A stretch of 15,092 nucleotides of DNA, from the NCBI GenBank assembly GCA_045105515.1, contig JBGCDR010000303.1:1-15092 (forward strand), written 5' to 3'. The notes below the pieces were generated by a model. It did not search any database. It had not been told where the DNA came from and saw nothing but the letters and a program-made list of their open reading frames with translations. Shown here piece by piece: positions 7,351 through 15,092 of the stretch (its first letter is position 1; each line of letters opens with the position of its first letter). Source of the DNA: Oligoflexales bacterium. GTDB taxonomy: Bacteria; Bdellovibrionota_B; Oligoflexia; Oligoflexales; Bog-1112. The position numbers and the translations under genes were made by a program.

Positions 7351-7980
7351 ATGAAAAAAATTGGAATATATTATCGTGTTTCTACTGATAAGCAGGACCT
7401 AGAAAGCCAAAAAAATACTGTAGAAGGGTGGTTAGAAGATCTTGAAGACAATAAAAAGCCGCAAAATGTTCGGGTCTTTCAAGACGAAGGTGTGTCGGGA
7501 AAGACAACTAATCGTAAAGGTTTGCAGGAGCTTTTGAAAATTGCATATGAAGGTAAGATTGATACCATTGTTGTATATCGGCTGGATCGTTTCTCTCGTG
7601 ACGCAAGCACAGCAATCCGTCTTATTCTTAGTCTTGACTCAGCCGGAGTCGCTTTTATAGCTGTGACTCAGCCAGTATTGAATCTCGGTCATGAAAATCC
7701 TTTTCGGCGAACGATGTTGGCAGCGTTTGCTGAGATCGCAGAAATTGAACGTGAAACGATTGTTGCTCGTGTGGTTGCTGGGCTAGAGGCAGCTAAGAAA
7801 AGAGGGGTTGTTCTCGGAGCTCCAAAAAAACTGACTGAGGAAAAAAGAGAGCAAGCAATTGAGTTGAGGGAAAAGGGCTTTTCGTATAGGGAGATCAGTA
7901 AAACGTTGAATCTGAGTTTAGGATCAGTATCTTCTTTGTTAAAAAATAGTAAGGAGCCTATCGAACAAAAGCTTAGCTAG
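7351..7980 (+). CDS. Small serine recombinase (resolvase/invertase family) with C-terminal HTH, 209 aa
   Basis: YYRVSTDKQ (catalytic Ser11), DEGVSG..RKGL, DTIVVYRLDRFSR, helix E AEIERETIVARVVAGLEAAKKRG and HTH SYREISKTLNLSLGSVSSLL. ATG 7351 with AAAGGA RBS is preferred over TTG 7267. Confidence 0.95.
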   Translation: MKKIGIYYRVSTDKQDLESQKNTVEGWLEDLEDNKKPQNVRVFQDEGVSGKTTNRKGLQELLKIAYEGKIDTIVVYRLDRFSRDASTAIRLILSLDSAGVAFIAVTQPVLNLGHENPFRRTMLAAFAEIAEIERETIVARVVAGLEAAKKRGVVLGAPKKLTEEKREQAIELREKGFSYREISKTLNLSLGSVSSLLKNSKEPIEQKLS

Positions 7981-8296
7981 CTTTGGCTGCCCTCGGATTT
8001 TTTTTAGGAGCTTTGCCTTTATGAGTGGCTTGAAATATATAGCTGATAGGCGTTAGGCCTACCAAGATTAGCGCACTCAGGTAGCCTTTTATTTTTGTCA
8101 AATCAGACTTCCTTTAGCTGAACAGTTTTTAAATTATGTGATGTCAAAATCATAAATAAAATTTAAATAAAAATCAAGGAAGGATAGATCTCTTGACTGG
8201 CGAGGATATATTTCAAAAAAAGATGCAAAAATTCGATGATAAAAATTAGTCATTTTAATGTAAGATATTAATATATATATTTTATTGATATTGTAT

Positions 8297-8324
8297 TTAA
8301 GTTTATTTTACTAATTGTCGATAA
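8297..8324 (+). promoter_or_regulatory. sigma28 (FliA)-type promoter candidate
   Basis: TTAAG-N15-GTCGATAA (-10 element 7/8 to GCCGATAA), 40 nt upstream of ATG 8365. Confidence 0.55.
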
Positions 8325-8364
8325 GAGGCTTAGGAATCAGTAAACCCATATTTATACGGGCATT

Positions 8365-9237
8365 ATGAGAAGCAAGAATGTAAACAGTAAAAGACTTATT
8401 AAAGAATGTGCTAAAGAGTACAATATCTCAAAATACCTTGAGTATAGACAGTTTCTAAGTGATGTCTATAGTGCTGTTAAAGCTCAAGTTAAACCTTACT
8501 CTTACCTGCAATTCGCTGAAGATCTTGGCTTCTCGAAAACAAATGTAATTAGGCTAATTATAATTGGGAAGAGACCAATTACAATAAAAGCTGGAGAGAA
8601 AATAGCTAAGGCATTTGACTTGCTTGGTCCTTTCAAAAAATACTGGATGGCTTTAATCGCTTACAGTAACGAGCGTTACCCTAATGAAAGGGAGAAGCTC
8701 TTTACGGATCTTCTTAGATATCGATCTATGTGTGTATCGACTGCTAATAATGATCTGCATATGGAATACTTTAGTGAATGGTATCATCCAATTATCCGAG
8801 AAATGGTAGGCCTTAGTGAATTTGATGGGAGTCCTGAGTGGATCAGGGAACGATTAGCTTTTCCATTAAGACTTGAAAAAATTAAGCAGAGTTTAACTCT
8901 GTTAGAAGAAATAGGAGTCATCCAATTAGATTCCAGTACAGGGAAGTATCAGCGATCTCAAGAAAAAATTATGACTGATACAGAAATTGATAGTATGGCG
9001 ATTATTCGTTATCATCAAAAAATGATTGAAGCAGGGAAAGAATCTATTACCAGGGTTGACGAAGATCTTAGAGATATAAGAGCAATGACAGCCTGCTTCC
9101 CCAGAACCGTGATACCAAAATTAAAAGAAAAGATCCATACTTGGTTATTAGAAGCAATCGAATTGGAAGAAGAAGCTGAAGACGCTTCAGATGTTTATCA
9201 ACTTAATATTCAGCTTTTTCCTTTTACCAAAACCTGA
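8365..9237 (+). CDS. TIGR02147 (DUF4423) family protein, putative HTH transcriptional regulator
   Basis: Family motifs YLEYRQFLSDVY, YSYLQFAEDLGFS, EYFSEWYHPIIREMV, YHQKMIEAGKESI..RDIRAMT and C-terminal VYQLNIQLFPFT. Confidence 0.9.
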   Translation: MRSKNVNSKRLIKECAKEYNISKYLEYRQFLSDVYSAVKAQVKPYSYLQFAEDLGFSKTNVIRLIIIGKRPITIKAGEKIAKAFDLLGPFKKYWMALIAYSNERYPNEREKLFTDLLRYRSMCVSTANNDLHMEYFSEWYHPIIREMVGLSEFDGSPEWIRERLAFPLRLEKIKQSLTLLEEIGVIQLDSSTGKYQRSQEKIMTDTEIDSMAIIRYHQKMIEAGKESITRVDEDLRDIRAMTACFPRTVIPKLKEKIHTWLLEAIELEEEAEDASDVYQLNIQLFPFTKT

Positions 9238-9254
9238 AATAGGATACATGCAAA

Positions 9255-10346
9255 ATGCTTGGTTTTGAAAAATTTAAACATTTTACGTTAACAACTTTCA
9301 TGATATTACTGGGCTGTGGAACCATTGTAGGAAACCCTAAAAAGCCAGTTGATGATACCACTCAGACCAATAGTAATTTTGCAATCCCAGAAATCAATAT
9401 AGATATACCTGAGGAAGATGTAAATACAGACTCAGCTTCCCTTTTTCTTACAGATTCAGATCCATATATGGATAGTAGTTTATTCCTCGCTCCCCGTAAC
9501 TTACCAAGACGTAAAATTTTACTTTATTCTTGGGTAAGAAGAGTCAACGGGGTTATAAAAGAAATTAATCGGATATCTCAAAAAGTTAATCAAATAAGCG
9601 CTACCTTAGCTCCAAATAGCTCACAACAAATTGTGTTTGCGGGTCAAGGAGAGCAAGGGCGTCTAAGTGGAAAAATAGATCCAGTTTCCACTGAAGATGC
9701 TTTTGCCTATCAAGCAGTATTGTGTGATGAAGGTGAAATTTTCGCTCACCTAAAGTGGAGTGCGGATGCTAGTAAAATTGAATTTACCAAAGACTTTAGC
9801 TCAGCTGCTCTAAATAGCACTTTAAGAACAGATTATAGAGTGAATGCCATGGTGGAACAGGGGGAGGTAGGATTAAATTTATCGATCAATAGTCAGGGTA
9901 CTTGGGTTGAGGAACTAGTTGAAGAGTCTAAGGGGACTTCGTTGTTAGAATTCGGTGATATAAATTTTGGTGTGGATAATATATATGAAATTAAAACCGT
10001 ATCCCATCGCTATCAAGACCAGCTAGGCGCTGAAGTCAGTGGAGACAGCTTTTTAACCGGTAGACTTGTTCCAAGCAAAGTGAATTCTGATAAATATTTT
10101 TCTGAGTTTCTAGCTTATCTAAAAAGTGCAGAGACTTGTGGTTCGTTTTCCGAGGATCAAAGTACCATTTGGAATTTTGAAAATTTAGGAGATGACGGGT
10201 GGTGTTATGGAAGTCCTTTGGGACGCAATACTTTTCGCAATCTGGATGCATTGCAAAGAACTTATACAAACTTGGAAACTATAGGATTTGCATCGAGCCA
10301 AAATTTAGAAGTGGTAAGTTTTGATGCGGGACTTACTTGTCAATAA
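9255..10346 (+). CDS. Hypothetical lipoprotein (363 aa), likely co-transcribed with the TIGR02147 gene
   Basis: Lipobox LLGC followed by GTIVGNP; 17-nt gap from the upstream stop; AGGA RBS. Confidence 0.85.
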   Translation: MLGFEKFKHFTLTTFMILLGCGTIVGNPKKPVDDTTQTNSNFAIPEINIDIPEEDVNTDSASLFLTDSDPYMDSSLFLAPRNLPRRKILLYSWVRRVNGVIKEINRISQKVNQISATLAPNSSQQIVFAGQGEQGRLSGKIDPVSTEDAFAYQAVLCDEGEIFAHLKWSADASKIEFTKDFSSAALNSTLRTDYRVNAMVEQGEVGLNLSINSQGTWVEELVEESKGTSLLEFGDINFGVDNIYEIKTVSHRYQDQLGAEVSGDSFLTGRLVPSKVNSDKYFSEFLAYLKSAETCGSFSEDQSTIWNFENLGDDGWCYGSPLGRNTFRNLDALQRTYTNLETIGFASSQNLEVVSFDAGLTCQ

Positions 10347-10361
10347 TTTAATTTAAAAAAA

Positions 10362-10832
10362 CTAGCGATTCCATATACTATCTTCTGCAAATTTTGTGTG
10401 TTTGCTTGAATCGGTCTCTTCTACAGCAGGAGGCGATGATATATTTGTGTTATTACTATTTGTATAGGTTTTGCGTTTAAAATTAGAGCTATTACCAGAT
10501 TTATCATTTTGAAACTCTTCGTTAGTTTTCTTTGCTCCAATAAATTCAATCCGATCCACAGTTAAGCTAAAACCTGTACCGAGGGAACCATCTTTTCTCT
10601 TGTACTCTTTAGTAGTAAGTTCTCCGGAGATTAAAACTAGCTTCCCTTTTAGAAGGTATTGGTGAAGAGCATCTGCCTTCGGGCCCCAAAGGCTACAGTC
10701 AATCCATAAGGTTTTTTGATGCTTCCCATAACCTGCTTCACTTGCTAGGCGGAAATTGGACACGCTTGTTCCAGATGCGTTTGATAGATGAGCATCATTT
10801 GCAAGCCGTCCTGTTGCGGTAAACGTATTCAC
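10362..10832 (-). CDS. ssb: Single-stranded DNA-binding protein with non-canonical C-terminus
   Basis: OB-fold motifs MN..TGRLAND, VSNFRLA, TLWIDCSLWG..A..L..YLLKGKLVLISGEL and Y..KDG. GTG start with GGAG RBS; the tail ends AEDSIWNR. Confidence 0.92.
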   Translation of the reverse strand: MNTFTATGRLANDAHLSNASGTSVSNFRLASEAGYGKHQKTLWIDCSLWGPKADALHQYLLKGKLVLISGELTTKEYKRKDGSLGTGFSLTVDRIEFIGAKKTNEEFQNDKSGNSSNFKRKTYTNSNNTNISSPPAVEETDSSKHTKFAEDSIWNR

Positions 10833-11008
10833 GGTCGATTCTCCATTTTCTCCAATAATATAAATACTTTTTCGGTGCTATTTCGCCCATTACCACATTA
10901 TACCTATTTTTTAGTAAAGAATCAGAAACAAAAGCTAGTTTTGAAAATCGAAACCCTTTGGCGATATACTAAATAACTTGTTTGCTGAGTAGATCAAAAA
11001 GAAGCAGC

Positions 11009-11497
11009 TCAATTGCTTATTCGTTCCCAAGTTGATTCAACTTTATATTCATCAGGATTACTTGTAGATGGAGCATCGCCAGATAGGATAAAACTCTTTG
11101 TTTTAGAGTTTAGGCTTTCTACTTGACTCAATTCAAGTTGATCTTTCTCGTTGTACCAAGCTAAGTAGCATTCAGTTTCTATTTGCAACAAGACTGCATG
11201 TGTATATTTTTTAAGACCATCAGCAAAAGAATCGTTTTCTGCAGACATGAGAGAATCTACTAAAAAAGAGTATGATTTTATTGGCTTGTATGTTCCTGAG
11301 GTTTCAGGTCTGAAAAAGAAGTTTGGAACTACCTGCTCTTTCTTGAACGATACGTGACAGCTTCCCTTGTGATCGTTATTGATATTTAATGAAGCATGGT
11401 AGGTCCTTTGATCAAGATGAATTTTATGACAATCGAAATCGGAAGCAAAACCTAGACAACTGCTAAGAAATAATGAGAAAGAAATTAAGAATTTCAT
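11009..11497 (-). CDS. Exported hypothetical protein (162 aa)
   Basis: ATG 11497 is preceded by GAGGT. MKFLISFSLFLSSCLGFA is a signal peptide or possible lipobox (LSSC). No family recognised. Confidence 0.75.
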   Translation of the reverse strand: MKFLISFSLFLSSCLGFASDFDCHKIHLDQRTYHASLNINNDHKGSCHVSFKKEQVVPNFFFRPETSGTYKPIKSYSFLVDSLMSAENDSFADGLKKYTHAVLLQIETECYLAWYNEKDQLELSQVESLNSKTKSFILSGDAPSTSNPDEYKVESTWERISN

Positions 11498-11643
11498 AAA
11501 TACCTCTGCTTTAAGAATTCGCTGCTTTGGCAGTACAGTCAACAGTTAGCATAAAGGCTATGTTTTAGCAATCAAAGCTAATTAAAACTTCTATTCAGGT
11601 ATAGGGTTATAAGGAAGGCATTTTTTGTGATGAGAATGTTCGC

Positions 11644-12234
11644 TTAAATTGAACTAGTTACGGGTTCCAGAATAGCGGCACTACTTGTTTTTAAGGGATC
11701 ATGTGAATGTTTTACCATATTTAGCTGTTTCTGAGTCTTAGTAAATTGTTCATGAGCTTTCCCTAGATACATTTCTACTTCATCCACATAACCATCAGCA
11801 GCCGCACACCATACTCTGTTTAAATATCGTTCTCCACAAGCAAATTCACTCATAATATTTGAATAGGATTGCAGGTCATATACATAAGCTATAGTTTTCC
11901 TATGCTCGATAAAAAGGTCTATATCAGCAAGCAGAGTATCATCTATTTTTTTTGTGATCGAATAAATTGAAATTGAAGTTAATTGTTTTTTCAATTTGTC
12001 TATAGAGTCAATAATTCTGCTCAAAGATTTTTCAATCATAATCATGTTATTGATATCATGAGAGATACTTTTTGCAGATTTTTGCTTATTTAAGTGAATT
12101 AAGACGACTCCTATTGATCCCATAATAATACTGATACCATAAAAGTTCCAGTTTACGGCTATTTCCTGAATTACGCATAAATAAGAACCTGAAAGAAATG
12201 CTAGCGAGATTAATATAAGTCCTATAGATTTCAC
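11644..12234 (-). CDS. Hypothetical membrane protein (two N-terminal TM helices plus helical domain)
   Basis: GTG 12234 is preceded by AAGGAG. It has two hydrophobic segments and the motif FACGERYLNRVWCAAADGY, and starts 33 nt after the OPT stop. Confidence 0.8.
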   Translation of the reverse strand: MKSIGLILISLAFLSGSYLCVIQEIAVNWNFYGISIIMGSIGVVLIHLNKQKSAKSISHDINNMIMIEKSLSRIIDSIDKLKKQLTSISIYSITKKIDDTLLADIDLFIEHRKTIAYVYDLQSYSNIMSEFACGERYLNRVWCAAADGYVDEVEMYLGKAHEQFTKTQKQLNMVKHSHDPLKTSSAAILEPVTSSI

Positions 12235-12267
12235 GGGCGACTCCTTACTATTTTTATGAAACAAGGT

Positions 12268-13983
12268 TTATAATCCGGAAATAACCATATTAAGAGCGAA
12301 AGCTACCCCTACCAATGCTTCACCAACAATCATTCCTGCAGCAACCGGTATGCCAACTTGGTGGCTAAATGATTCGCCTTTAAATTTATCAATTCCAAAA
12401 CGGACTACGGTACCGAGGCTATAACTTAGGACGATGTTAAATGGCATATAAAACCCAAGCCCTACAAGGATTCCAAGACCACCAATGCCACTAGCACTTA
12501 GTATTGCTGCTAGCCCTGCACCTCCTAAATATTTTTCCATTGTAATATCGCCCCCTAATATCCCAGAAATCATGCTTGCCAAGGCCTGTCCTTGGGGAGC
12601 AGGTAGCTTTTCAGAGCCCAAGCCATAGGCTCTATGTAAAATATATATCATTGCCATGACTAGAATAGGACCGAGCCAAGAGCCACATATTTGTGCGATT
12701 TGCTGCTTCTTAGGACTAGCTCCAACGAGATAACCTGATTTGAGATCTAGCATAAGGTCTGTTGCTTGAGCCATTGCAACACAGGTAGCTGCGCCGACCA
12801 TAATGGCTGACATGATAGCCTGACTATCTCCAAGACCACTAGCCGCAAATATCAGGATGGTGACTGCTATCAAAGTCATACCGCTCAATGGTGACCAATT
12901 GGTGCGACCAATACATTCAGATAAAATGACTCCTGATACCCAAATCCATAGTGTTCCTAGCAGGGCCATTATGCCTCCTCGAATTATGCCCATGCTTGGT
13001 ACTGAAAAAACTGCTATGCCAAAAAGTAAAAGACTAGCACCGATAATAGATATGTATAGAACGTGGATTGGTAACTCTTCTTCTGCTGAGCTTGAATTTA
13101 GTTTTCCGGCAGTATGCATAGTTTTAATGGCACTCACCACCAAAGGTAAAGCGATGATGATTCCACTGATTGCTCCGCCAATGAGCATGCCAATTCCAAC
13201 TGGCCTGAATACTTCTGTTCTAAGTATGTTAGGTTCAACGCTTGGAAGGAGGCCCTGGAAAGATAAAATAGGTGCGAGAAACCAATAACAAACGAATCCA
13301 CCAATGACAAAAAAAACTCCTCCTTTTCCAGCTATAAAAGCAACCCCGATCGTCAATAAGGAAAAGTATATATTAATATTTAAGTACGTTGGAACTCCTA
13401 ACATTTCTCCTAGTCCAATATCATGGATGTGATTGAGCTGAGCAAGCACGTGGACAAGACCACTAATAAGGACTCCAAATAATAGGTAGGAAGATTTTTT
13501 AATGCCAGCCCCTGGAGATTTTAATATGGTTGCTACGGCGATTCCACCAGGGTAAGGGAGCCTTTCAAAATCAATCATTTGTTTACGAAGAGGAATAATA
13601 AAGGCGATCCCCAGGATCCCACCTGCTATGCAGCCAAACACCATCAGATAAGGGTTGAAATCAGCTTGGCCTAAAATAAATAGTGCAGGAACAGAGAACA
13701 TCATACCTGCAGATGCACCATTAACAGAACTTGCTACTGTCTGGTTGATGTTGTTTTCGATAATACTGGTGCGTTTTAGAACGCCTCGCAGAATTCCAAA
13801 ACCAAGGATAGCAGCAAGCTCAGACCCTTCTATAGAGAAACCAAGAATAAGGCTTGCATAGCCAATGCTTAGTGTGATGATACTTCCAAGGAGGTAGCCA
13901 ACTAAAATAGCTGGCATTGTCAATTCTGGGTATGGTCCTTTACGAATGATCTCCTGTTGTGAATTCACGTCTTTGCTTACCAT
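12268..13983 (-). CDS. OPT/YSL-family oligopeptide transporter
   Basis: PELTMPAILVG, IENNINQTVAS, PLRKQMID.ERLPYPGG.A.A, DLMLDLKSGYLVGASPKKQQ and LPAPQ motifs, with many TM helices. ATG 13983 with AAGGA RBS is preferred; ATG 14007 is the alternative. Confidence 0.93.
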   Translation of the reverse strand: MVSKDVNSQQEIIRKGPYPELTMPAILVGYLLGSIITLSIGYASLILGFSIEGSELAAILGFGILRGVLKRTSIIENNINQTVASSVNGASAGMMFSVPALFILGQADFNPYLMVFGCIAGGILGIAFIIPLRKQMIDFERLPYPGGIAVATILKSPGAGIKKSSYLLFGVLISGLVHVLAQLNHIHDIGLGEMLGVPTYLNINIYFSLLTIGVAFIAGKGGVFFVIGGFVCYWFLAPILSFQGLLPSVEPNILRTEVFRPVGIGMLIGGAISGIIIALPLVVSAIKTMHTAGKLNSSSAEEELPIHVLYISIIGASLLLFGIAVFSVPSMGIIRGGIMALLGTLWIWVSGVILSECIGRTNWSPLSGMTLIAVTILIFAASGLGDSQAIMSAIMVGAATCVAMAQATDLMLDLKSGYLVGASPKKQQIAQICGSWLGPILVMAMIYILHRAYGLGSEKLPAPQGQALASMISGILGGDITMEKYLGGAGLAAILSASGIGGLGILVGLGFYMPFNIVLSYSLGTVVRFGIDKFKGESFSHQVGIPVAAGMIVGEALVGVAFALNMVISGL

Positions 13984-14273
13984 ATTTAATTCATCCTTGT
14001 TACACATATATAGATCTGAGATTTAGGGAAGTCTTAGAACCAAAGTAGAGGATTTTGTCAGCTAAAAAATCCCTTTGATGCATTAATACACAATAAGCTA
14101 TCCAAGCTCGGTAAAAAAGTCATCAATCTTTTTCGGATAAAAATAATTTAACCCAGCCTAAAACTAAATTGATGATAAAAAGTAGTTTTATTTATCCTAG
14201 ACATGATTATAATCCGGGTCTGTTGTCAAGTATCCTTTGATGACTTAATTTTTATCCAAACTAAGGAGCGATA

Positions 14274-14987
14274 ATGTTTCCTATGCACTGGTTATTTATA
14301 ATAATATTCTTTGGTTTGGTTCAGAATGTTCATTGTGAAGAGTACAAATGCTGCAATAAATCTGCTAATGGATTCAATTGCAGAAATTCATATGAATTGT
14401 TACCAACAAGTCCAAGAACCTTTGAAAGTTATGAGCAAGCAAGTAGTGTATGTAAAAATTATTCTGCTTATAAAACTCTAAGTGGTGTGGTGACAGAGTT
14501 AAAATCTATTAGTGATGGCGCCTCTTGTGGACTATGCCAGAAGCCTGGTAGTCTCCATTCAATCGCAAATGAGCATTCGATTTGCAGCACTTGCTTAGGA
14601 AATATTGAGAATTTTTATCAGCCTGCATGCCCTATTTGTCTTGAAGAAGATGATGAGCCTATCGAAGTTTTTCAATGCTTGCATAGCTTTCATGAATCCT
14701 GTCGTCAAAATTCGATCTCTGATTGCCCCATCTGCAGAATGAAGATTTCTCATTCTATAAAAGGCTTAAAGATGTCAGAAATTATAAGCAAAAATAGCAT
14801 TGGCAATGCCAATGAATTTGATGAGGAGCCTGTTCCCTTACTTGTGTTCATGCGTATGCGAAAAGCTCAGGCAAGAAATCAGGAGAGGTCTTCATTCTAC
14901 CCTGCAAATTCTTCTCTTTTGCAAGTACAGAACCAATCAAATAATTGCTTGAATTCAATAGAGTTGTCTAATTTTTTAACCAGCTAA
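14274..14987 (+). CDS. Secreted Cys-rich protein with a RING-H2 (C3H2C3) zinc finger
   Basis: AAGGAG RBS and hydrophobic signal peptide. Ligand pattern C119-x2-C-x12-C-x-H-x2-H-x2-C-x7-C-x2-C154-R (nt 14628-14738). Confidence 0.85.
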   Translation: MFPMHWLFIIIFFGLVQNVHCEEYKCCNKSANGFNCRNSYELLPTSPRTFESYEQASSVCKNYSAYKTLSGVVTELKSISDGASCGLCQKPGSLHSIANEHSICSTCLGNIENFYQPACPICLEEDDEPIEVFQCLHSFHESCRQNSISDCPICRMKISHSIKGLKMSEIISKNSIGNANEFDEEPVPLLVFMRMRKAQARNQERSSFYPANSSLLQVQNQSNNCLNSIELSNFLTS

Positions 14988-15092
14988 TATTATTATTTTA
15001 TATGATTATTATGTAAATATTGATAAGCTGATCCCAAACGTAATTCTGGGAGGGCTTGATATGTTTATTTTCATGTTACCGGAAAGACAAGT

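Noticed and set aside
493..13861. Other short ORFs in the track (493..681, 785..994, 1164..1424, 1777..2034, 1891..2118, 1985..2281, 2465..2683, 3077..3310, 6683..6919, 10036..10269, 10788..10976, 12857..13288, 13655..13861)
   Set aside because: They overlap better-supported genes or regulatory DNA and have no recognisable motifs.

Overview
AT-rich bacterial chromosomal window. The TIGR02147-type gene and collagen-like lipoprotein suggest Bdellovibrionota/Oligoflexia, which is an inference only. From left to right: decayed gene remnants; an intact 827-bp IS6-family element (14-bp IRs, no target duplication) abutting a 5'-truncated, frameshifted Asp-box/BNR propeller pseudogene; an exported NUDT6-like Nudix hydrolase; and a 759-aa collagen-like lipoprotein with proline-free acidic Gly-X-Y tracts. 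A ~600-bp intergenic region follows, holding a terminator, a perfect 16-bp inverted repeat, a correctly spaced sigma54 promoter and a ~190-nt structured non-coding RNA candidate, directly upstream of an orphan resolvase/invertase-type serine recombinase. The right half has a TIGR02147-family regulator plus lipoprotein behind a sigma28-like promoter, a non-canonical SSB, an exported hypothetical protein, an OPT transporter with a partner membrane protein, and a secreted protein with a eukaryote-type RING-H2 finger. The best novelty candidates are the sigma54/structured RNA/serine recombinase unit and the secreted RING protein. All family calls come from motif recognition by eye; no searches were run.
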